Shown piece by piece: positions 29,748-37,494 of a stretch of 42,555 nucleotides of DNA (position 1 is its first letter; each line of letters starts with the position of its first letter). The stretch lies in contig JAHPZJ010000002.1 of NCBI GenBank assembly GCA_019058245.1, forward strand, positions 1 through 42,555, in the 5' to 3' direction. A program made the translations under genes and the position numbers. The stretch is from Promethearchaeota archaeon (GTDB lineage: Archaea > Asgardarchaeota > Lokiarchaeia > Sigyniarchaeales > SOKP01). The notes below the pieces were generated by a model. The model was not told where the DNA came from and did no database searches. It saw only the letters and a list, made by a program, of their open reading frames with translations.

Positions 29748-30785
29748 TTATTCAAATATTTTATCGATAAATTTGAGAACAAATGTCTTAAGTACTGGAG
29801 TTAAATCTTTTTTCCATGCCATACCATCAAGTCTTTTTGCCTTACTTGTTTTACGGAAGATTGTTATAACATTTAAGATTAAATATTTAATATTTTCCAA
29901 TGTATTACTTTGTTTGAGCTTTTCAGATAATCCTGAATGTATGTCGTCTGCCAAATTTTGAATTAATAAATCCTTAAAATCATCAAAATTATATAAATTT
30001 CCGAATTTAAAATAAGATGAGAGAAATTGAGAGACTGCATTTTCAATTTCCTTCTCAGATAATTCTTCATTGCTAATACAATAAGTTTTTATCATTCTCT
30101 CTATTAATGAACCTTCAAATTTACTCTCTATTCCAGGTTCTTCTTCAATTTTTTTCTTGAACTTAATTTCTTTCCTCAATTTTTCTTCTTTTCTTGCGAA
30201 AAGTACATCCTCATAATCTTTTACAATAATTATTGATAGCCCTGAGCGAAGTATTATAATATTTGTATTCAATTTTTGGGTTTCATGATGGTGTGTAGGA
30301 ACATTATCAATATGTCTTTCCAGAATATCTTGAATGTTTAAGTTTTTGGATTCATAGGGACTGAAAAATATTTCATAGAGCGCACTTAAATTATGCTCCT
30401 TAATATCTTTTTTTAGCAATTTCCTTATATATTCATCATATTCAAGAAAAAATTTGAAGATACAATCATCTACGGCTAAACTTAAATTATTATGTGGATA
30501 CTGCGCTTCACCTAAGTATTTTTTATATTCTAATCGAATTTTCTGAGCGCGAATCCATTCAAAAGCTAGATCTAATAGGCTTTTTCCTTCTTGCAGTCTA
30601 TCTTTAAAGTAAACTAGCGTATTATAAATATGATTATAATTAGAACTAACTGATTGATTTACCAAAAACTGAGCGATAATTTGAGTTGTGCCAGCATAGG
30701 TGAATTGTCCCTTTAACATTTCATAGTACCTTAATAACTTATCCTTCTCAATCTTGTAAATTTCTTCAATAGCTAAATTGTCCAT
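29748..30785 (-). CDS. Hypothetical, predominantly alpha-helical protein
   Basis: 345-aa ORF starting 27 nt after the preceding minus-strand gene; no recognised family. Confidence 0.7.
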   Translation of the reverse strand: MDNLAIEEIYKIEKDKLLRYYEMLKGQFTYAGTTQIIAQFLVNQSVSSNYNHIYNTLVYFKDRLQEGKSLLDLAFEWIRAQKIRLEYKKYLGEAQYPHNNLSLAVDDCIFKFFLEYDEYIRKLLKKDIKEHNLSALYEIFFSPYESKNLNIQDILERHIDNVPTHHHETQKLNTNIIILRSGLSIIIVKDYEDVLFARKEEKLRKEIKFKKKIEEEPGIESKFEGSLIERMIKTYCISNEELSEKEIENAVSQFLSSYFKFGNLYNFDDFKDLLIQNLADDIHSGLSEKLKQSNTLENIKYLILNVITIFRKTSKAKRLDGMAWKKDLTPVLKTFVLKFIDKIFE

Positions 30786-30812
30786 ATTAAATTTTTACTC
30801 TTTAAATTGTAA

Positions 30813-31853
30813 TTATTCTGATTTGTCAAGAATTAATCCTATTCTATTTAACTCTTTTTCTGATATTGTCCCCCATCTCTCAGAAGTAAAATGAGGATTT
30901 ATTAAATTAAGAGATTCTTTGATATCTTTATGTCTATCTAAAATAAGTCGCAAATTTTTTTTATAATCTGATAGATATTTGTTTTCTTTTGATTCTTCAA
31001 ATTGTTCGACTAAAATAACTCCATAACTTTTAGAGATATTTTTTTCGAAAGTAAATCCCTCCAAATATATTACTCGTTTATCTTGATACTTTAATTTTAT
31101 ATTCCGAATATTAGGATATATTCCTTTCTTGTCATATACTTTTATTGTTTCGTTAATTAGGTTCTCGTAGTAATCTGGTAAAATTGCCATTACATAATAA
31201 GAAGGGATGTAATTTAGATAGAGCTTTTTTAGGGGATCATCCTTATCAAAAGTATAAAGATTTGAAACTCTCTTATCTTGCCCAATTTCTCTCTCAATTA
31301 ATCCAACACAATAATATTTATGCTCCTCTTCCCAATATGCCTTCCTAGATCCCCCTAAAGAATATTCAATTAGATTGATTCCCCTCTCTAATTCGCTATT
31401 TATTAATCTATTGAAATCAAATCGTTCACCTAATAGATTTTCATTTACAATTTTACTTTGAATGATGCTTGGATGGATATATTTCGAAATCTCATCAGAA
31501 ATTAGTTTTACATCTTCAGTGTATGGTGTACTAATTAATGCAAAGAGGTTTGTAGTGCCTTCTTGAGTCTGCTCAGAAGAATTCAGTGTGAAAAATGATT
31601 GAAGTACATCTGCTTCATCTATAGCAGTATCTTGTAAGGTGAGTGAGGCTTCGATAAATTCAATCTCCCAAGTTCCTCCCATGGATGTAGCAGCAGTTAA
31701 AAAAACTGGACCGAGAAATCTATATGAGAGCATTTTAATATCATTTATTTTCATATCAGAAAAATTCTCAGAATATCTAATATGATCAAATACTAAATTA
31801 TCCTCATCAGCAAAGAAAAGACCAAGAATAATTTTTTCATGACTTCTCATCAT
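30813..31853 (-). CDS. Hypothetical protein, possible tandem longin/roadblock-like domains
   Basis: 346-aa ORF; by-eye beta-beta-alpha-beta-beta-beta-alpha pattern occurs twice. The ORF is solid, the fold call is tentative. Confidence 0.5.
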   Translation of the reverse strand: MMRSHEKIILGLFFADEDNLVFDHIRYSENFSDMKINDIKMLSYRFLGPVFLTAATSMGGTWEIEFIEASLTLQDTAIDEADVLQSFFTLNSSEQTQEGTTNLFALISTPYTEDVKLISDEISKYIHPSIIQSKIVNENLLGERFDFNRLINSELERGINLIEYSLGGSRKAYWEEEHKYYCVGLIEREIGQDKRVSNLYTFDKDDPLKKLYLNYIPSYYVMAILPDYYENLINETIKVYDKKGIYPNIRNIKLKYQDKRVIYLEGFTFEKNISKSYGVILVEQFEESKENKYLSDYKKNLRLILDRHKDIKESLNLINPHFTSERWGTISEKELNRIGLILDKSE

Positions 31854-32046
31854 TAACTCAAATAGCGGTATATACTTTAAGTCCTAATAAATAATAATAT
31901 TAAAAGTTTTAAGTTTAAGTATTTCAAAAATAAAAAAATTAAATATAAGGATTATTTAGATTCTGTTTTATAAAATATAGGAAAATGTATGTTCTAATAG
32001 TTAAACAAAAAAAAAAAATACAATATTTAAAAGGTATAAAATTCAT

Positions 32047-32062
32047 TTAAGTTATAACTTAA
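32047..32062. promoter_or_regulatory. Perfect 16-bp palindrome TTAAGTTATAACTTAA in a divergent promoter region
   Basis: Read directly; lies between the divergent starts at 31853 and 32182. Confidence 0.45.
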
Positions 32063-32181
32063 GAGGCATAATAATATAAATACTTAAATTGATATATTTT
32101 ACCTAATTGCTTAATGGTTTAATTAATTATATAATAAAATTATAGCTGATTAAAGAAACTATTAATACAGTGTGATGATGA

Positions 32182-32712
32182 ATGGCTTCATATGATTACA
32201 CATTCAAGATATTGCTTCTAGGGGATGCTAGTGTCGGAAAAACCTCGTTTACAAAAAGATATTGTTATAATATCTTCAATCCAAGCGAAAGATTAACTAT
32301 TGGTGTTGATTTTCATGTTAAGACTATTGAATTAAATAATGATCGAATTAAATTACAGTTATGGGATGTAGGAGGAGAAGAACGATTCCGATTTCTATTA
32401 CCCACCTACTGTCTTGGTGCAAATGCAGCCTTTTTATTATATGATATTACTAGGCCTTCTACATTGGATAATATTTCAGAATGGATAACTATCGTAAGAC
32501 AAAAGGGTGGACCTATCCCCATTATGCTTGTTGGGTCAAAATTAGATCTTGAACAATCCCAACGGCAAGTTCAAAGGGAGTATGGAATTCAAATCGCTGA
32601 AAAAAACGATATGGCAAGCTTTGTTGAGATTTCAGCAAAAGAAAATATGAATGTAGATGATGCTTTTAAGGTTCTTACTGAACTCACATTAGACCGGATT
32701 AGCAATAGGTGA
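32182..32712 (+). CDS. Rab-like small GTPase
   Basis: YDYTFKILLLGDASVGKTS (G1), TIGVDF (G2/RabF1), KLQLWDVGGEERFR (G3), GSKLD (G4), EISAK (G5). Confidence 0.93.
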   Translation: MASYDYTFKILLLGDASVGKTSFTKRYCYNIFNPSERLTIGVDFHVKTIELNNDRIKLQLWDVGGEERFRFLLPTYCLGANAAFLLYDITRPSTLDNISEWITIVRQKGGPIPIMLVGSKLDLEQSQRQVQREYGIQIAEKNDMASFVEISAKENMNVDDAFKVLTELTLDRISNR

Positions 32713-32716
32713 TATA

Positions 32717-33679
32717 ATGCAAGATACTGAATATTTACCTCTTAGCCAATTATTTGATTCCATCGGTATTATTGAAAAAGGAATTGAGAGAATCTATCAT
32801 TATCTCCTTTTGAACAAGAGAATTGATAATTTAAAGGAAGTATGTAATCATTTCAGTCTCTCATTAAAAAGAGGTTATAAAATTTGTTCGGTATTAAGTG
32901 AACTAGGGCTTGTACAGATATATGATAGACCTATGAAAATCCACATTGCTACTCCTATAATGACTCTTTGGCAAAATTTAATCCAAAAAAGAATTGAAGA
33001 TCTTAGAAATCAATTTTATGAAAAAAAGGATAAATGTGAATCTGCAATTGAAGAGTTCATTAGAAATTATAAATTGGGTGAGCAAAGTATCCAAGAACCT
33101 GTTGAATTCATTAATTACAATATAAGCAACTTTGACGAATCTTATCATCATTTCCTAGCTCCAAGTGAATGTAAAATAGCGATAGGTATCAGATATGATA
33201 ATCCTTTAGTTTCTATGATACATGAAAACCAATTAAAAAATCTTCCTGATGATATAAGAACTTCAATGCAAGCAGGTATGAATAGAATTAAAGAAAATTT
33301 AAGAAATATTACTGTGAAAGTAATCTTCAATTCTGAAGTTGCTAAAGATCTATTGATCAGTGAAGAATTCAAACTTCTTTCAAATCATGTAGAACCTCAA
33401 AATATGGAATTTGATAAAATTGAAATTCATGTTACAGATGAGGCATTCAGTAATTTTAGTTTAACTGATAACGAACTTATTCAGCCTAGCTTTGATCCTA
33501 CAAATATTTTAATTGGTACTTACATATCCCGGAATAAAAATATTTATCAAATTTTTCTTGATAAATTTATTGAAATTTATGAAAATGGAATTCCAATAAA
33601 AAAATTCCTTGATGAGCAAAAAGAAATTGGGATCAATTCCTTAACACAAACACAAATGTTTGTTCTTTGCGTAATGTGA
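32717..33679 (+). CDS. TrmB-like winged-helix transcriptional regulator
   Basis: N-terminal IYHYLL...KRGYKICSVLSELGLV...RPMKI wHTH, then a coiled coil and a C-terminal alpha/beta domain; 4 nt after the GTPase stop. Confidence 0.65.
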   Translation: MQDTEYLPLSQLFDSIGIIEKGIERIYHYLLLNKRIDNLKEVCNHFSLSLKRGYKICSVLSELGLVQIYDRPMKIHIATPIMTLWQNLIQKRIEDLRNQFYEKKDKCESAIEEFIRNYKLGEQSIQEPVEFINYNISNFDESYHHFLAPSECKIAIGIRYDNPLVSMIHENQLKNLPDDIRTSMQAGMNRIKENLRNITVKVIFNSEVAKDLLISEEFKLLSNHVEPQNMEFDKIEIHVTDEAFSNFSLTDNELIQPSFDPTNILIGTYISRNKNIYQIFLDKFIEIYENGIPIKKFLDEQKEIGINSLTQTQMFVLCVM

Positions 33680-33711
33680 ATAATAAAATAAATAATATAA
33701 AAATTAAAAAT

Positions 33712-35238
33712 TTAGCAGTTAGTTTTTCTTTTCATTGCTTGTCCGAATTTTTCAAGCATTTTACGTGGAGTTACTGAAGGTCTTTCATATCTTTTTAATT
33801 TTGACTTAATCCCAAATAAGTATTTGGCAATATTCTTTAACTTTTCTGTGTCGTACCGTGTCATCATAGTTATGGTCTCCATTTGTGGACTCCCTCCTCC
33901 GTGTAATCCCGCTACTTGCATTAAACCTGCTAATTCTGAAACTATAAGAGTTTCTATACCCCTAAAACATTTTTCCATATTTTCTGGTTTTATTCGGGGA
34001 TTTCTTTGCAAATATTTCATAGCAAGATCACCAACTTCTTCACTATAAAATGTTTCTTCATATGGTAAGGTAGCAACAAGCCCTCCAGATAAATCTGCTA
34101 CAATTTCATATTCCTTATAAATCATTTCACCAGCGAGTCGCCTGCCAGCATTAGTAAGGATCTCATCTGGAATTTGAGTACCTGATGGGGATTTCTCAGA
34201 ATGTTTAGCACTCGATTCTCCAGCAGCAAAAACTAATTCTGCTGTTCCTATAATATGAGAAATTTTTTCTCTAACATGAGCTGCTTTTTCAATGCCATTA
34301 TATTCCGCAACTAAGGCTGCTGCACTTGCTAATACTTCTGACATAGCAGGTTTGCATCCTGTATAGCTATGACGGTGATAATGAGCAAACATTAGTGCTA
34401 GGAAACCAGCATATGGTGTTTGGCGCGGATCACTTTGACCATTCAAGAAAATCCTTTCATTAGGAACAAACACATCATCAAAAATGATAAATGTTTCAGC
34501 ATCACCAATTTGATTCTGTGGTGAGCCAGTTTTAGTTTTTCTATTCCAAGCGGGTCTTGTAAGTAATTTAACTCCATCCCAATCTGCGGGTAATGCAAAT
34601 GCTACTGCATAATCTTTATCTTCTGGACCCATAAACCTACAAGGAACCGCAACCAACTCATCAGCATATGGTGTATTAGTAATATTGATTTTGCACCCTC
34701 TCACTATAATTCCGTCGTCTCGAGTTTCTACAACTCTTAGATATTGATCTAGATCTTCTTGTTCATGAGGTCGTTTTAAACGATCTCCTTTCGCATCCGT
34801 TTGAGCACAACTTGCTACTATATCTCGATCTTGAAAATATTCCATATACTTTAAAAATCTTTTATAATAATCGGTTCCAAGAGCTTGATCCATTTCATAA
34901 GTGATAACTGATAATCCATTTAAAGCATCGATACCCATGCATCTTTGGATGCATCCCCCTACACGATGGCATAATACTCGAGTCATCTTTTGTTTTTTTA
35001 ATAGATCTTCTTCACTTTGATGTATATGGCAAAAGCGATTTATTTTTTTTCCAGTTATATGAGAAGTTACTGTACAAATATCTTCAAATTCTGGGTCGGT
35101 AGCCCTTTCAAATGTTTCCTTTATAATATTCATTCCTCCCCTAAGACGAGGATCGTCTCTACCAACTTTTTCATCGCCGATGTACACATTTGGCTTCATT
35201 TTTACTAAATCATTATAATATTCTTCAAATGTACGCAT
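33712..35238 (-). CDS. abfD: 4-hydroxybutyryl-CoA dehydratase / vinylacetyl-CoA isomerase family protein
   Basis: [4Fe-4S] ligand motifs CIQRC and HRHSYTGCK; TDAKGDR and HGGGSP. Confidence 0.85.
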   Translation of the reverse strand: MRTFEEYYNDLVKMKPNVYIGDEKVGRDDPRLRGGMNIIKETFERATDPEFEDICTVTSHITGKKINRFCHIHQSEEDLLKKQKMTRVLCHRVGGCIQRCMGIDALNGLSVITYEMDQALGTDYYKRFLKYMEYFQDRDIVASCAQTDAKGDRLKRPHEQEDLDQYLRVVETRDDGIIVRGCKINITNTPYADELVAVPCRFMGPEDKDYAVAFALPADWDGVKLLTRPAWNRKTKTGSPQNQIGDAETFIIFDDVFVPNERIFLNGQSDPRQTPYAGFLALMFAHYHRHSYTGCKPAMSEVLASAAALVAEYNGIEKAAHVREKISHIIGTAELVFAAGESSAKHSEKSPSGTQIPDEILTNAGRRLAGEMIYKEYEIVADLSGGLVATLPYEETFYSEEVGDLAMKYLQRNPRIKPENMEKCFRGIETLIVSELAGLMQVAGLHGGGSPQMETITMMTRYDTEKLKNIAKYLFGIKSKLKRYERPSVTPRKMLEKFGQAMKRKTNC

Positions 35239-35436
35239 TATAATCTACTCATTTGATTTTTTTAATTAATTTTAATTAAAACAATATAGATAGTTGAGAA
35301 TTAATTATAAATTAACCGCCTTAGATACTAAACTCTATTGGTTTTTAAATCTATATACTATTAAGGTTTTCTTATATCAACAACCTTCAAATTATTTATA
35401 AAATTTGAATAGTTTTAAAAAAAAATTATTTAAATT

Positions 35437-35723
35437 TTAATAAACAGCGCGGTTTCTAAATTGGAGTCTATTTTTCAATTTTTCTATTGGTATTTTCTCT
35501 TCTAAGTATTTAGGATTATATTTAGACTTATGAATTAATTTTAATAATGCTTTTTTAATTGGTTTTTTCAATGGTGCTTCTATTTTTTTACTGATTCTTC
35601 CTGTGGTGGTATTTCAAGTTCTTTAACTTTTTCCAGTTTCATAGGGAGTTCTTCCAATGTTAAAGACTCTTCCAAAACATTATTTTCTTTATTTTTTTCT
35701 TCTTTTTCTAAAACTTGTACCAA
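35437..35723 (-). CDS. Unannotated small protein A: 47 aa in frame 0 (stop 35582-35580), or about 95 aa with a -1 shift at an A7 run
   Basis: SD AAGGAGGGCG (35740-35731) and TTG start; MVQVLEKEEK...EESVKK then, in the -1 frame, IEAPLKKP...NRLQFRNRAVY. Confidence 0.6.
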
Positions 35724-35753
35724 TTTTTATCGCCCTCCTTTATTTTTTTTCAA

Positions 35754-35849
35754 CTTCAAAAATAAATAGTATAACATTATATTTTTGGTTTTTGAGCTAG
35801 AACTCTAATTGGACTCTTGGATAAATATGAGATTTTAGAAAAAATTAGA
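35754..35849 (-). promoter_or_regulatory. Copy 1 of a duplicated 96-bp upstream element
   Basis: 83/96 nt identical to 36171-36266; invariant core TAGAACTCTAATTGGACTCTT; TATA-like AAAAATATAAT on the minus strand. Confidence 0.8.
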
Positions 35850-35911
35850 TGAATTTAAGATATTAAAAAAAAGAATTTAATAATAATTTTAAATGATAAT
35901 ATGACCCCGTC

Positions 35912-36142
35912 TCATAAGGCTCTTAAAGTGAAATTAAATTTCTTAGGATTTAAGCAATAGTATCCAAAAGATTTTTTCCATTGCTTTAAGGCTCTTTTCT
36001 TATCAATTAATGAATCTTTCTCATAAGCAGATGGGATTATAATAATCTCATCCTTAGGTTCCTGCTTTAAAACTTCTTGTTTACTTAATAAAAATATTTG
36101 TTCATTCAAATCAGAACATATAATTTTTTTACTTGCTGTCAG
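35912..36142 (-). CDS. Small protein B (76 aa from CTG 36142, or 65 aa from TTG 36109)
   Basis: GGGGTGGATAAAA SD-like element immediately before an in-frame CTG; same position relative to the duplicated element as protein A. Confidence 0.55.
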   Translation of the reverse strand: MTASKKIICSDLNEQIFLLSKQEVLKQEPKDEIIIIPSAYEKDSLIDKKRALKQWKKSFGYYCLNPKKFNFTLRAL

Positions 36143-36170
36143 TTTTATCCACCCCGTTTTTTTTTTAATT

Positions 36171-36266
36171 CTTTAAAAATAAATAGTAAAAGATTATATT
36201 TTTAGTTTCTTGTTTAGAACTCTAATTGGACTCTTAGACAAATATGAGATTTGAGAAAAAATAAGA
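36171..36266 (-). promoter_or_regulatory. Copy 2 of the duplicated 96-bp upstream element
   Basis: Direct repeat of 35754-35849 at a 417-bp offset. Confidence 0.8.
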
Positions 36267-36320
36267 ATATATTCGATTTTAATAATAACTCATCAGATAA
36301 AATTAACAAATAGAAATTTA

Positions 36321-36881
36321 TTATTCCACCAATAAAGTTTTATTTTCATGATAAAGCATATCAATTATAAAATTGAAAGCAATTACAACCCCTTGACCAG
36401 TTTTAGCTGATGTTCTATAATACTTTAGAATATTGAGTTCATTAACTACTCTTTCAATATTTGAATTATCTAAAGTATTTTCATCCACTAAATCTACCTT
36501 ATTTGCGAATAGAAAAACGGGGATATTTCCACAAAATTGAATAATATCCTTATGCCAATTTGAAATTTGATTGAAACTATTCTCCCCAAGATCATTCTCT
36601 TCCAAACTAAATACAATAATAGCAGCTTTGCTATGTTTAAAAAAAGTCGGTCGAACAAAATTAAAATCAGAATCATCTTGACCTGCAATATCCCAAAATA
36701 ATAACCTAATTTTATCTCTATCGATTTTTTTATCATATACAGAGAATTGGGCACCGATAGTTTTTAGATAGTCCTCTTTAAAGGATCCTTTTGTAAATTT
36801 TTGAATAAGGGAAGTCTTGCCTACCATCCCATTCCCTATTAGAATGACTTTAAATGTGAATTTTAATCCAGAAACCTTCAT
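36321..36881 (-). CDS. Rab-like small GTPase
   Basis: GNGMVGKTS, TIGAQF, WDIAGQ, ANKVD and TSAKTG motifs. Confidence 0.93.
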   Translation of the reverse strand: MKVSGLKFTFKVILIGNGMVGKTSLIQKFTKGSFKEDYLKTIGAQFSVYDKKIDRDKIRLLFWDIAGQDDSDFNFVRPTFFKHSKAAIIVFSLEENDLGENSFNQISNWHKDIIQFCGNIPVFLFANKVDLVDENTLDNSNIERVVNELNILKYYRTSAKTGQGVVIAFNFIIDMLYHENKTLLVE

Positions 36882-37232
36882 CTCTCTTTCTAATAGAATT
36901 AGAAATCGTGTATTATGTTTAAATTAAGATTATTTTTATATTTATATAAAACTATGTTTTCTTGATATTAAAAAATAAATAAAAATATCAAAATCGAGGT
37001 AATTTCAAAAACAGAAGTATTAATTAACGTTGAAATGAACTTTTTTAAAGTTAAAGGTAATAGGCAAAATTGAGAAAGGTATATAAGGTATATTCTTTAA
37101 GGTGGAATTTAGAATAGTATATATATAGTATATAGCTCGAGTAAGTAAAAATTATCTGAAAGCCTTTTATCAGAAATAATAACTTTCTCGATTAAATTAT
37201 AAAGGATTAGCACCCTCCTTAATGAATAAAAT

Positions 37233-37275
37233 AGAGAGCCCGTGTTGTTATTTTATTATAACAATCGAGCTCTCT
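37233..37275 (-). other. Stem-loop in a relatively GC-rich intergenic patch
   Basis: On the minus strand AGAGAGCUCG pairs with CGGGCUCUCU (one G-U pair) and UUGUUAU pairs with AUAACAA. Confidence 0.5.
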
Positions 37276-37394
37276 TAGATTACTGCCTACCCCTCCCATG
37301 TTTTACTCGCCCTCTAACCTTGAAAATATACTTTCAATAATGAAAGTATTATAAAAAAATACGAATTTATTTCATAAATAGTTTATTTTAATAA

Positions 37395-37408
37395 ACTCTA
37401 TATAGAGT
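37395..37408. promoter_or_regulatory. Perfect 14-bp palindrome ACTCTATATAGAGT upstream of the wHTH-TPR gene
   Basis: Read directly; shares the ACTCT half-site with the duplicated elements. Confidence 0.45.
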
Positions 37409-37494
37409 CTTAGACTAGGTATGGATCATAAAGCATAAATAGAGTTTAATATAATATTTACTCAAGAATTAATATCTTAGTATTAACCTTAAGA

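Noticed and set aside
33660-33679. Possible CaaX prenylation signal on the TrmB-like protein (…LCVM)
   Set aside because: The Cys is third from the end, not fourth, so it does not fit CaaX.
33712-35238. abfD as evidence for an autotrophic HP/HB or DC/HB cycle
   Set aside because: No other cycle genes are in the window, and the enzyme also serves fermentative 4-aminobutyrate/4-hydroxybutyrate metabolism.
35754-36266. 96-bp direct repeats as ends of a mobile element
   Set aside because: No transposase or integrase, terminal inverted repeats or target-site duplication was seen. Their position upstream of SD/start sites fits promoter duplication better.
428-36754. Numerous short ORFs in the track overlapping long genes (e.g. 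428-850, 4608-5012, 16700-17092, 24173-24547, 28721-29038)
   Set aside because: They are antisense or alternate-frame shadows of well-supported genes and carry no motifs of their own.
37203-37220. GGATTAGCACCCTCCTT resembling the 16S rRNA 3' end
   Set aside because: There is no rRNA-like sequence or GC content upstream; only the anti-SD-like core matches.
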